From the NCBI GenBank assembly GCA_021613535.1, contig CP075493.1, forward strand, positions 11,842,001-11,906,000: a stretch of DNA of 64,000 bases, in the 5' to 3' direction. The DNA is from Adineta vaga. Lineage: Eukaryota; Animalia; Rotifera. The notes under the pieces were generated by a model. It was not told the origin of the DNA and did not search any database. It saw only the letters and a program-made list of their open reading frames with translations. Made by a program: the position numbers and the translations under genes. Shown piece by piece: positions 13,995 through 27,855 of the stretch. Numbering within the stretch: position 1 is the stretch's first letter; every line of letters starts with the position of its first letter.

Positions 13995-16900
13995 ATGTCG
14001 GATCCAACTTCTTCATTTAAAGTTGAATATGCTAAATCTGATCGATCAAAATGCAAAAGTTGTCATTCAACAATTGCTAAAGATAATTTTCGTTTTGCCA
14101 TTATGGTTCAATCATCAAATTTTGATGGCAAAGTCTGTTAAAAAGAACGGGAAAAAAAAGACTAGAAATAAGAAGAAAATTTGATTTTCTTAGGTTCCTA
14201 CTTGGTATCATACCGATTGCTTTTTTCAAAAAGTCAAATTAATTGATGTAAAAATTATCAAAGGTTTCGATTATTTACGTTGGGAAGATCAAGATAAAAT
14301 TCGTGATCTTATTCAACAAAATTCAACGAAATTATCAAGTAAGTCCAACTGCCGAAAATTCTTTCGACTTGAATTTTTTAAATATCGAAGATGAAAATGA
14401 TCCGGATGAAACATTTACTGTTGAATATGCAAAATCCAATCGAAGTCGATGTCATGGTTGTGATTCATCTATTGATAAAGATACTTTACGTTTATCGAGA
14501 AAGAATTTTACAAGCAGAAGAGCACGACGTTATGGACCTGTGGATGAATGGTATCATGTTGATTGTTTTAATCAAATGAAAACAGATTTAGCATTTGTCG
14601 GTACTGCTGAATCGTTCGTATTGTATTTTGTGTAAGATTGATTTGAGATTTGTTCGATTTTCTTAAGATTTTCCGGTTTTGCTGATCTGAATAATGGTGA
14701 TCAAAAAGAATTGAGAGATAAATTTGGAACATCAACAACTTCAAAACGTAAACGAAGAGGAGCACAGAGAAATGATGATTCAACAAAAGCAAAACAGGCG
14801 AAAGTTGATGAAACAGATGATTCCGAAGATACACGTGGTCGAAAAGAACAATGTGAACTCTTATGGAATTATAAAGATAATTTACGTAACGACGTTCCAA
14901 ATCATATTTTAAAAGAATTATTAGAATTTAATGGACAAAAGATCATTTCTGGAGAATCAAATGTAATTTCATTGATGTCAATTTTCAATATACGAAAGTA
15001 TTCTTATTTTAGTTAATTGATGCTGTCACTGATTGTATGGCATTTGGAGCACTTGAACCATGTTCGGATTGTACTGGTCTGCTTGTTTTCAAGTAGATTA
15101 TTCTTATTTTCTTTTCAAAGCGAATATTTCTCTTTTGAATTCGATATTTAGTTATACTAATTATCGTTGTACAGGAAATCTTACTGAATGGACAAAATGT
15201 TCATATTCAACACAATTACCGAAACGAAAACCCTTTGAAATTCCTGATCATATTAAAGAGAAATATTCCATCTTGTAAATTTTGATTTTTATAGTAAAAC
15301 AATTTCCTTCTATATTCCTATATTTATAGTGAAAATTACAAATATACAAAACAAGATCGAATACTGACACAGATTGCCAAAAAATTACCGTTAAAGAATG
15401 AAATTCAAGAGTATAAATAAACTTGAGATTTTTCATTTCAAACTGTTCATCTTTAGACCGAATTATGATTCAAAAATACCTTTGAATGGTTATTCTATTG
15501 GATTAGTTGGTCGTTTATCGAAAAAGCCAAGTACATTAGAAAAACGAATCAAACAATTAGGTGGGACCGTAGTCCATAATCTTGATAAACAAACTATGGA
15601 TGTTATCATTAGTACACAAGGTAGATATTCTTTTGAATGATTTTTCTTAATTCTTGTTAGATTAAATAGATGAAATCAATAAAGGAACGATGAAAATTCA
15701 ATATGCACAAAAATATGATATTCATATTGTTCCGGAAGAGTTTTTAGATGAAGTTCAGAATGATCGACCATCGATTGTTATGGATAAAATCAAAATCTCA
15801 TCATGGGGTGTGTTACCACATATTCGAAAACAAAGAAAACGAATTAAAAAACAATCATCAACTACGTCAAAATCTTTTGGTAAGTTTATTTATATGAATT
15901 ATTTCAATCAGTTCATTCAAATCTTTCTCATAGGCCGATGAAAGGATTTACAGCAGAAAAAGTAACGATGAAATTAAAAGATGGTGCCGCTGTTGATCCA
16001 GATTCAGGTATAAAGATCTTCTTCATCTAAGTAAAAGTTATGTGTGCGTTTTATAGCCTTGGAAGAAACATGTCATGTATTAAAAAATCGTGAAACAGGT
16101 GATTTATATACTGCAGTACTTGGTATGGTCGATATAACACGTGGTACAAATTCTTATTATAAAATTCAATTACTTGAAAATGATAATGGCAAACCATGGT
16201 TTCTATTTCGAGCATGATAAGTTTTATTTTTCTTTGATAAATCTCGTTGATCTATGAGATTTCTTTTTATTTTTCGCTTATGCAAGGGTCGCACAGGGAC
16301 AACATTTGGCGGTACAAGAGTCGACGAACATGACACTAAATCAAAAGCGATTGATGCTTTTCATAAAACATTCTTCGATAAAACAGGCAATCAATGGACA
16401 GATCGTGGTTCATTTAAAAAAATAGCAAATAAATTATATCCATTAGAAATTGATTATAATAATGATGATATTGAGAAATTTTCCAATGATACTGACTCAA
16501 AAGTTCGATCAAATCTTCCACAATCTGTACAAGATTTAATTGGTCTTATATTTAACGTTGAATCAATGGAAAAAACCCTATTATCATTTGAAATTGATTT
16601 AACGAAAATGCCTTTAGGGAAACTTTCAAAAAATCAATTAAATATGGCTTATAAAGTTCTTACAGAATTACAAACATTAATCACCAATGGTTCAACAAAT
16701 AAAAATTTGATTATCGATGCTAATAATCGCTTTTATACATTAATTCCACATGATTTTGGTTTGAAAAAACCGATTATTCTCAATGATATTGAGTCAATAC
16801 AATCAAAAACACAAATGATTGACAATTTACTTCAAATTGAACTTGCTTATTCCATGTTAAAACGATCAAAAGATGATGAAAATGAACATCCAATTGATGT

Positions 16901-17748
16901 ACATTATAAAAAATTACAAACTCTTATTGAACCAATCGATAAAACGACAGATGAATTTCAAAGAATTGAACAATATATGATAAATACTCATGCATCAACA
17001 CATAATCAATATAAATTGAAACTAAATGAATTATTTCGAATTGTGCGCGAAGCAGAAAATGATCAATTGGAAAAATGGAATCAACTTTCCAATCATCAAC
17101 TATTATGGCATGGTTCGCGAACGACAAATTTTGTTGGAATACTTAGTCAAGGATTACGTATAGCTCCACCAGAAGCACCAATGGTTAGTGAGAAAAAAAT
17201 ATCTAATTCAATTTTCATCTATTGCAAATTTGAATATTTTAGACAGGATATATGTTTGGTAAAGGTGTTTATTTTGCTGATATGGTTTCAAAAAGTGGTT
17301 AGTTGATTCTCTTTTCTTTTTTTATGTAAAGAATATTTTTTTTTGTTGATTTTATTAAAGCGAATTATTGTTTTGCAAAAAGAGAATCACCAGAAGGATT
17401 GATGCTTTTATGTGAAGTTGCTCTTGGTAAGATACATGAATGTTATCATGCAACAAAATTTTCTGCAGATACATTACCAAATGGAACACAATCAACCAAA
17501 GGCTGTGGACAAACTATTCCTGATCCAAAACGTACGTTTTTTTCTGCCTTATTTAACTTCTAATCGATTGCTCTTTTTTTGCTTTAGAAAATTATTATAC
17601 AGAGGATGGAATACTCGTACCAATGGGTCGTGGTGTCAATGGAAATATCGCACATAGTTCATTATTATACAATGAATATATTGTCTATAATACGGATCAA
17701 ATTCAAATTAAATATCTCTTACGCGTAGAATTTCAATTCGAAGATTAA
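13995..17748 (+). CDS. PARP1: Poly(ADP-ribose) polymerase 1-like, multi-exon
   Basis: Two zf-PARP fingers ([14 protein letters not shown]...WYHTDCF; [14 protein letters not shown]...WYHVDCF), PADR1 ([23 protein letters not shown]), BRCT, WGR, regulatory domain ([18 protein letters not shown]) and a catalytic domain with intact H-Y-E triad ([30 protein letters not shown]). Confidence 0.95.
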
Positions 17749-17822
17749 TAACTATTTTTCATTTATTTTCTTTTTTGATCAACAGACATAATGATTTCAA
17801 TAAAAAAACAATAAAGATTCGA

Positions 17823-19246
17823 CTAATTAACAATTATACTACCATATGCTTTTTTGTCTTCATGTTGATCGAGTAGTTTTTTCTGATCTTCATTGCGTCT
17901 TTTATAGATTACTTTCGAAAGGCAAACCATTATAATACAGATACCAATGACTATCAATACGAGTAGATTCATAAGTTTATATCGATTAGGTGCAAGGAAA
18001 AGAAGAATGAGACCGGAAACATTATTCCATTGATTGATTGCTAATGCTGATATCGATTCAGGTAACGGAAACATCAGTTCAGCCAGAGCTTCGTAAGCCA
18101 ATGGTGATGATGCTCCTTGGAAAAGACCAGCAAGTGCGATCGAGAAGCCAATCGAGAGAGGAGTTGATGAAAGAAGAGGTTTGTCATAAAATAATGTATG
18201 AACAGAAAGTTCAAACCAGATGATCGATAGAAAACAACCAATAAGTGACAAAATCATAGTATTTTAAGTGAATGTTGGAAGCGACGCATGTCAGCAAGAG
18301 CACCTAGACAGAAGCCGCCAACAATACCAGCAAGAATCGAACTAAAACCAAACCATCCTGCTTGCTCTTCGGTATAATTTTCAGGTGCGAGGATAACGTC
18401 ATATAAGCCTGTCCATGTACTAAATGTACCTGTTGTCAAACCGCCAACAATGGAAAGAAGCATAAATGATGGTGTGATCATACATTGCCAGAGATCTTTC
18501 GCAAAACGTTGTAGAAAGCTCGAGTTCTTCTTGTTATCGAATGAATAAGAAGTAAGACGTTCAGCAGCGGGTGACGGTGGTGTTGGTGGATATGATGGAA
18601 AATAAGCCAGAACTAAAACACAAGCCAAAAGAGCAAGACCTGAATGAATATAAAGAAGACGAGGAACATGTTCAGGCGTATCTACTATATATGGACTAAT
18701 AAAAAAACCAACAGCAGCACCCAAATTATTGATCGTTATTGCAAATGTTGTTGCACGTGTTCGCTCATTCGGACCGAACCATATACAAGATACTTGTGAT
18801 ACGGACACTTGTACAAGAGGAGCACAGGCTGCATTGAGAATTTGACCAGCATGTAGAAATGGTACTGCAATCGAACTGAATTGAGGACTTGCTGCAGAAC
18901 TGATTATTGATGGAATAATGCGTAATAGACAAGCTACAAGAGAAACACCAGCAAAGAGTATCATAGAAAGTCGAAGTCCGTGCTGTTTGTTTAGTAGAAG
19001 ATATGCTATAGGAAAAGTTGGTATACAAATGATATTTCCCCAATTTAAGAGAAGATCAATTGACGCTTCCGTAGTATTGTAATAGATTTCGGCATTTCTA
19101 GCTATGGGAGAAAATGTTAGCCAAAAAAGACATTGATTGAAAGCAAGAAAACCGAAAATAGATATGATATAGAATCGACGTCGATACAAATGATAAATCG
19201 ATGATGAACTTGATAATAAACTAACTGTTGTATCCAAATCAGACAT
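17823..19246 (-). CDS. MFS transporter, SLC49/FLVCR-DIRC2-like; single frameshift near 18258
   Basis: YRRRFYII, FNQCLFWLTFSPI, GQILNA and WFGPNERTRAT motifs. Two overlapping ORFs join into a 12-TM protein with a 1-nt correction. Confidence 0.85.
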
Positions 19247-19729
19247 CCTTTAAATGCACTAAAGATCTTTCAAACATGTGATATAATATAGTGTACTTTT
19301 ATCTCTTCAAATGCAAAATAACAGAAGAAATGATCCAAAGGTAAGAGATAGAGAACATTCACACTCATACCTCCGATATTGTTATTTAGAAAAATAAATA
19401 AACAACTAAAATAAATAAAAGAAAAATAATTGAATGTGTAAAACTAAAATATTCTGATACCCAATTGCTGGTTCGATGTAATGAAACAGTCTTTGTCGTA
19501 CTATATCTGTTAGTTTTATTATGTATTCGATGTCTTTTTTTCTCATAAAATACACACGCAACTTTCTTTTGTGCGATACAAATGATATATAAGATGAAGA
19601 AAGAAGTATAAGCAAAAATATAAAAAGTAAAATTCGATATTTAACATCGATGTTGACGTGTATGGAGAAAAAGAGAAAACGTCTATGTTCTGTTTTACAT
19701 GCACATCAAATTCTATTTATAATTGAAAT

Positions 19730-21498
19730 CTAAGATTTATTCTCAACATTGTCTTCGTTTTGAAATGCACCATTTGCTTTTTGTTTTTCATCTCTTCTTT
19801 CATCGTCTTCTTCTTCTTCTTCTTCGTCATCTCCTTCCTCATCCTGAAACGAGCGATTACGAGTTTCTGGTAATGTCGCAATTACACAAGCTAAAACTAC
19901 AGCTAAACCGGCGTAAACATAATTTGTAATTGATTTATATTTTTCTCCAACTGCAGTATCAATAATTGGTGCTAACATTGAACCAAAACTACCAACAAAT
20001 ACAAATATTGCATTCGCTAAACCACGCATATATGTGGGGAAAAGTTCAGGAACAAAAAGCCATGAAACTGAAACAGCTGCGCTAACACCAAATTTTCCTA
20101 CTTGAGAAATCACAGTGGCTACAACCGGATAAAGTCCCGTTACAAATGGAATTGCTAAAACAGCACCGGACGTTAATAATACAAACATAATCAAGGAATA
20201 TTTTCTTCCTAGAAATGTAATAATACACAGACCAGCTGCTAAATATCCGAGACCTTCTACACCAGCTCCAATAATAAAATTTGTATAAGGACTAATTGCT
20301 TCACTTTTTTGACCTAAGTCATATGAAATCGTCGTATATAATAACATTGTTACAAATTCGATGCAGCCACACATAAACAATCTTGGTATCAAACGTAAAA
20401 TTCGAATTATTTTCTTTTTTGGTTTTTTCTTTTGTGTTGCTGCTACTTCGAGACGAGATTCTTCAACTAATTGCGTAAACATTGGATACCATTCACTTTC
20501 TTCTCGACGATTCGTTTTAGCAATTTTCCGTAAACAAACTTCTAATTCATCATATTTCTTTCGAATAAATAACCAATATGGTGATTCCGGAAGACAAAAC
20601 AGATATGGTACAGTTATAGCAAAATAAATACTCATAAACCATTTCAAATTCAACCAATTACGTGCTGCATATGCAAAACCAGTAAACATGATTTCTCCTA
20701 CTGTATAGGCAACCATAGAAACACCACCAGCAAAACTTGTATGTGAAGATGAAGTTAATTCCATAAGAAGAAGAAAAACAATACCATATGGATCAATACC
20801 AGATACAGCTTGATTGATCATCAGAAGAACGATTCTGAAAAGAAAAGAGATCACCATGAAATGTACCAATGATATCTGTATCTAAATTTACTTCATATTG
20901 ACACTCATATTGACAAATTGAAGTAATACTTGAGTAATAGCAGTCACAATATAAAGTCCCAAACTTAGCACTTGTAGAATTCGTCTTCGTCCGATTTTAT
21001 CACTGATTGGTCCAGTAATTAGTACGGTGAATCTATTCAATAATGATAATATTTATTTTGAAATAAATCGAAAAAGAAAAACATAAATAGTATTCCTTAC
21101 GTTCCAATTTCATATATAGTTGACATCCATGTTTTTCTTATTGCATTATCACATATAAATTTTGCTTCCTCTGTAAATGTTTTTCCATAAACACTTCGAT
21201 CAAAGACAAAATCTTGACATTCAGATCCATTGGTATATTTACAACTCGATGAAGACATAAGAAAAGTATCTATTAATTGTTGATGAGTAGAATTTGATGA
21301 ATAATATTGATTATCATTGGGCCAAACATCAGACGGAAGTCGACAACGAAAATCGGGTTCGGCAAGACCGAAAACATAATAGAATCCGGCCATACCACTG
21401 CTGAAATTCAGTAAACATAATAAACTAAAATGTATTAGTTGATATCGACCAAAATCTCCACAGCGTCTTAACACATTTTCTAAGGATACTTCATCCAT
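19730..21498 (-). CDS. SLC22-like organic cation/anion transporter, spliced
   Basis: GDFGRYQ, CQDFVFDRSVYGKTFTEE loop, SDKIGRRR, PESPYWL and ELFPTYMRG motifs. Two introns. Confidence 0.9.
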
Positions 21499-24400
21499 AG
21501 TAACAAGTATTCTTTTAGAGATTTACAACTTTGAGTAATTAAATAATAGTAGTTGTACTTTTTTGATTTTAGTATTATATGAACTTGACCTTTTTTTGAA
21601 TCTTCTATATATATATATATGTCATTATTTCAATCTTTGTTAAATCCTTATTCAACATGATTTTACATTATCTAGCTGACATGTTTTATTAAGAAAGATC
21701 AGTTCCTCATGTTAAATCCCTTGTTGTTCTCTTTACTTTTTCAGTAATGAATATTATATTTTTTCAATATTTACTCGTGGCTTTATTCTCAAGATTAGTG
21801 TATCAATGTTGACGTCAATGAAAACTAGAACGAACGTATCTGCACTTGAAAATTCTTTCAATATTTAAATAAAAACAATCGTAGCGTACTAGATTTCTTT
21901 ATAATAATTAAAATATGAATGAATCTATGCCTGTCTCTTACTATTCAACGAATAATATTCAAATAGTCAAATAAAGTTTAAAGATTACTTTGTTTACCGT
22001 GTTTGATAAACTCATACTTAATTCACTTACATCTATCTTCAGAATCAAATGAAAAGATCATTAGTCATTCCAATAATCGAACTAAACGATAGATTCTGAT
22101 ATATTTGTTGTATTAAAATCGAAATAAGTCATATCAATCAAATCAATACTAGTTTTAGTTGGTAATCATTCAGTCTAATATAATATATTATTGTCCTGTA
22201 CCTTGAAGTGATCAGATATGTTTTTCAAAAAGCTCGACCATATTGGAATTATCCCATTGATAACTTCCAACTTTGAATGTTGGCCAATCGAATTTATATT
22301 TGTTTCTAGCATTTCCTACTAATCATAACGATGGTACTAACCCTTAAAACGCCATTTTTTCAATTCATGTGTATCAACATGGATGGTAAGATTAAAAGAT
22401 GACATAGGTTGGAAATAAGCCATTCATGAATATCATGTACTATTTTTCTCTATTTGAAAAAGCACGGATTAACGTATCTATGAATTTCCATAATGTGTAC
22501 ATCGTCTTCTTAAAGTACATCGAAGCTCAGATAATACACTTAGACAAATCTATCGGCAAGCAAAAATCTTCAAGGTATAAGTGGGTGTTTACAGGTTTCA
22601 ACGAATATGGCTGTTTAAATAGTGAAAATTTTGAGTGTTGGTGCGAGCAAGAGCCTGAATGGAGCGTGTGAGGATACGAATGTATGATCACTTCCACTTA
22701 TCGGACACATCTACATTTTCATACAAAACGTCACGCACATACTTGCTTATTGTTAATGATAGAAAATAGGATGCTGTATTTTCTTAAATAAATTAGCGTT
22801 ATATCGGTCGGATGATTGTGACTGGTGAGAAAATATTGACAGACATTTACATCGCTATTTTATTGTTTGATTATTCTCAAGAAACAGATTTATAATTATT
22901 TCTTGATTTTAATTGAAAAAGTAAAAGTTGTCTTCTAGGTCAAACAACTTGATATGTTAATATGTGATTTTTCGGCTCATATGATAATTTATCTTTTATC
23001 AACTTCATAAAAGGTGAAAATAATAAATATACAATTCAATAGTTACTTCACTTATCACAGAATACTACTATATAGAAATGTATTTTCTCTTGACTTCACT
23101 TATTATTTCTTCGATTAGTGCAATTCTAATAACCGAAATTCATCAATTTACATTCTTCCACTCCAACTCTTCTTGTGCTTTTCTTGGAAATGTGAGCATG
23201 TCGAAACGTCAAGGTAAATTGATTTTGACATAATTGACTTTTGGTAGACTCGATTATTTCTTGTGTTAATCAAGTTATGTATATTATATTATTTGTAGCG
23301 ATTAGTTGACACATAGAATTGATACAAAACGATGTTGTATGCATAGAAGTTGAGTGTAGATGAATAGGCAATTATGACTTGGTTCAGAAGTGAGTATGAC
23401 ATTCACTTTCTAACATAATTCTTTGAATGGTTTGCCTATAACGAGTAAGGATTTATAAAATACTTATCTAGTTCAATTATTTTTGAATTTCAATATACTT
23501 CTGATGATATTCTGACAAGAGTAGACAAAAGATTCTTAAAACTTTTGAGATCAGTTATAGTTAATAATGAATAGATAGGCAATCGAAGTATATATGATTA
23601 GTTTCGTTCTGTTCTGTGTTAATCGATAACATAACTATATGTGTACTGTTTATACTTCTATATTTTTTGTTATTTTCTCTCATGATGTCCGATGCATCCA
23701 TATAACCAAACTCTACTTCTCAGATGAAATACACTAAAATACAAACTAAGTCGACATTCGTGATGTCATCTTTTTCTTACATTGCATGTATATAATTATC
23801 TCTAGAATCATTTTTGGGTAGCTCATTTATCTAACTCTGATCTTATAAATTATGAGTGATAATCCTCGTCTTTATACACTTTCGGAAACAAAAATCATTG
23901 AAATCAGAAGTGCATTAAGAGTATGATACGAATACGTTCTGAAAATAGGTGTTGTTTAGATGTGCTTTAACCAATAGCGATGGTATTATGTTTAAATGAT
24001 GAACTCATCCATCCTTGGAAAGCTCATTTTGTCAGATATGTAAGCGAGAGTATTCAATAATATAGTAAGCAACTTAAATGATAAGTATTTTTTGATAAAA
24101 TGTTTTTTTTAAACTGTTTTCACTAATATAGTTTCGTTGACAAATTTTGAAATTGGTTGACTGGTCAAATAAAATGTTTATATGAGAGTGGAACAGTGTA
24201 ACGTTCTCATACTGGAATACATTCTATACCTATGATATGCACCCAATCTCATGATTTCTTCTAGTCTTCCCCTATCATTTCTCATTCATGAACTGCATTA
24301 TATTCTTCACTGATCCATTTTCATTACATATATTGTCTGATCTTATTCATAGATCATATGTTGTTTTGAGAATAATATTTCACAAGCACAAACATATATC

Positions 24401-25016
24401 GAAGAATAGACGAATAACAAAACAAATGATTCGACGCATGATAAGTATTTGTACTGTATCACACGATGAATTAATATATAATGCTTGGATCATATTTTAA
24501 TATGATAGAACCATAATTTTTTCTCTTATGTATCTTAAAGGAACACTACCTTCATTGATTTTGAAAAAGATATTGATAAGACTCAGACAATGAAAGTTCT
24601 TCATCGCATAAGGTCTACTGTATTCAGTACAGACTTTCAAATTATACGATCGTTAATGAATATATGTTGCAAAAAGTGGTAGTGCTAACGTACGATAAAG
24701 AATGAGACTAGAAAACAAAAACTGATTAAATGATTGAATCTTCGAATCGTGGAAAGAACATCACTTTATATAAAAAAAAGAGCTAGAGCAAAGGCAGAAG
24801 ATTAATCATGGATGTGACAGTACATCACTTTATCATTGATTGTCTCGAATAGTTTCATTAGTTTGTACGTTGGATGACCTTATGCACTATAACTGATCTC
24901 CCTCTTTCAATATTCTCTGCTATATAAATGTGTGATGAAAAAACGGCAAAGTAACCAATTTTATTGCAAAGATATTATGTTTCTTCTTGCATACTCTCCA
25001 AAGAAAGACTTGTTAA

Positions 25017-25457
25017 TTAATGTGCCTTGTTAAATTGTGGTTTTCGATGATTTTTGTAAGCATATGGAGAAACTCGTTCTTCATAATGAAGATGTGGTCC
25101 AGTTGATCTTCCTGTATTACCACTTTTGGCAATTACTTCTCCAGCCTTGACCTTTTGTCCAAATTTGACTAATTTCTTACTCAAATGTGCATAGATTTCT
25201 CGAATTTTATTTGCTGATTCAATAACAACATGAGTGCCATAAGAACTACCCCAGTTTGTATTTATTACCGTGCCGCTAACCGTTGCGCGAACATTTGTTC
25301 CAACTGGACATGCATAATCGGCACCGGTGTGATAGCCAGCTGCCCAACTACCTTTTTTGCCAAATGGAGTAGTGACTGGTTTACCTGGAATAGGTAAATG
25401 AGTGCAGACTACTGAACATAATGTAAGAAATGAAATGAAGAATAAGATTCTCGACAT
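25017..25457 (-). CDS. Secreted M23 family zinc metallopeptidase (peptidoglycan endopeptidase type), bacterial-like
   Basis: Signal peptide MSRILFFISFLTLCSVVCT. HxxxD (HTGAD), YAHLS and HxH (GNTGRSTGPHLHYE) motifs are all intact. Confidence 0.92.
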   Translation of the reverse strand: MSRILFFISFLTLCSVVCTHLPIPGKPVTTPFGKKGSWAAGYHTGADYACPVGTNVRATVSGTVINTNWGSSYGTHVVIESANKIREIYAHLSKKLVKFGQKVKAGEVIAKSGNTGRSTGPHLHYEERVSPYAYKNHRKPQFNKAH

Positions 25458-26105
25458 TTTTTTGGGTGTTCGATGTGAAATGAATGCATACTTTGTATTT
25501 ATTCTTTCAGTAAGGAGCAAAACAAAGGATTATACAATATAATTACTTCTCTCTAATTAAAGAGTATTAAATAGATTTGAATATTCTTTTGTTTTTAGAA
25601 ATATAATATCATTTTTTGGAGATTAAGAAATAAATTTAAGATGGACACTAGAGTCAATTTTCAAAATGAATTTTTGTATTACTATATATTAAAATAAAAG
25701 ACAAAAAAGGAGGGGGTCGAATAGTAGATATATCTTGTGTTCGCAATTTTATTTCTAAATATAATCAAACTTTGTAAACATCAACTACACAAATAAATGT
25801 TAATATTTCGAAAATAATCTCTGTTTACTATTATGTATTGTTAGCAATGGAATCATGAATGATTGAGTTTGCTATACAATCGAATCAAATCTAATATTTC
25901 TAGGTGCGATCCGCATTTTTCGATATTTTTACGCAACATATTACATTTGTTATTGAAGGAGGAAGGAAAAATTGATTGATGAGAAGTAATCGATCGAGAA
26001 AAAGAACACCTTAGCGAAAGGTGTGTTAGAATTTTATGTCAACAGAGTATTGTAAGGTATAAAATCGAATTTTCTTTTGTCTTTCTAATAGATTAAAATA
26101 CAAAT

Positions 26106-27650
26106 ATGGTGTCAAACGAAAATACGTTGTCCTCCTCAATAAATCATCTAGCAGTGAGTATTTCAGCGGATGATGATGATGATGATGAAATGGACCGACT
26201 GATGCATTTATCTCCAGTGGACTCTGTGATTTCAAATTCCGGATCATCAAAAACGAATAATATAAATCCTCTTGAAGTTCGTTTTGAATCAAACCAACAA
26301 GCTGCAGATCAATCAATAACAGCAGTAAAAACTCGGATGATATCAAGAAAATTTTTACAAAATCGACTGTAACAAATTTATGATATTGATTTCTTTGTAA
26401 ACTCTCATTTTTTTTTCTAGTGCATTTCTCACCCATATAATGTGTTTTCCTGGTGTATTAGGTATTGCTCTTACGATTATTGTAAACGAGATCACTTTTA
26501 CTCGTGTGAATCATGAAGATACTCAAATTAGTTGGATAATTAGATTAGTTATTACGATTACTACAGTGATTCTTGTTTTTCTTGTTATCTATTATCATGA
26601 TTTAAATTTGAAACTTTATTGTATTTAAAACTCACTCATTAGTTACCATTTTGCATTAACAAAAACAAAATTATCTTGTATTATTATTCAAGTATTAGTT
26701 TGTATGATTCTCCTGTTCCCCGAGCCTTTACTTTGGAAAATCTTGAACAAATAAGTACGAAATATTTATATTCATATCCTCTTCCTTATATACCTACTGA
26801 TGTTGCACTCGGTTTACCAAATAAATTCTTTTCTTTAATTTATTCTTCATTATAGAGAATTGTTTTTCTTTGATCTATAGTGTTCCTTCGTCTTTATTTA
26901 ATTGGTCGTTTAATAATGTTTTATTCATATTTGTATCGTGATGCATCTTTACGATCAATTAATTGTCTCAATCAAGTATCAATTAATTTCCATTTCTTAA
27001 TGGAAACTTATCTTGAACAATGGCCAACACGATGTGTATTAGCATTTTCTATTATGTTTTGTTTTATTGGTAGTTGGTGTTTACGTGCATGCAGCTATCA
27101 AAATACCGGTGAGCATCTAGGATTTCTCGATGCGTTATAGTTATTTGTCATCACCTGTATGACTGTCGGTAAATATTATTCGTAGATGTTTTTGTTCTGA
27201 AAGAAAAATGCATCAATCATGAGTTTTTTTTCTCTAGGTTATGGAGATGTTTATCCATCAGCATATTGCGGCTGTGAAGAAAAATATGTACATACATTCG
27301 TGTTAAATACCGAGTTAGCGAAAGAATATCATTTATGTGCAGCAAATGTAGTGAAATTTGCTGTGAAAGTTTGGTATTTAAAGTGAAGAAATGTATACGA
27401 AAATAAATTACGCTTGCGAGCACGACAAGAATTATTTCATTCAATATCTAGTTTACATGAATTAATGAATATATAAAACGTCATACAAACGACAGATGAT
27501 CGAGGTGAAAAATGAAATGATAACCTTCGCATTGCAATTGAAGAATATAACAGACAAGATGGATGGTCTACAAATAACACTGAATATGTTACAGTCAATA
27601 AATAGATGGCGAAGAATTTTCACTTTATAAAGGATGACTAATACATAATT
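26106..27650 (+). pseudogene. Small-conductance Ca-activated K+ channel (KCNN/SK-like) pseudogene
   Basis: MFLRLYLIGRL...DASLRSINCLN, pore TVG|YGDVYP and CaM-binding AANVVKF. In-frame stops (26628; TGG>TAG at 27138), a mutated donor at 26821, and S6 apparently deleted. Confidence 0.85.
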
Positions 27651-27855
27651 GACTTCATTCAATTTCAACTTTATTATTTATGTGATAGAAGCACTTCTTT
27701 TTATTAGTATATAGATATCGCTTGCAACTTTCTATTCATTCATATATCTTTTGGACTTTTATAGATTTGGAAAATAAATACAGAAAACATGCAATAAAAA
27801 GAAACAACAAGTTCATTATGAACGGTGACACTTTGCAATGAAAGCGAAAAATATC

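Noticed and set aside
13924-14184. ORF with signal-peptide-like start MAFSAVVVVLLL
   Set aside because: Overlaps PARP1 exon 1 in another frame; the zinc-finger frame starts at ATG 13995.
22190-22430. Coding-like minus-strand remnant (GNARNKYKFDWPTFKVGSYQWDNS)
   Set aside because: Multiple stops and no recognisable family.
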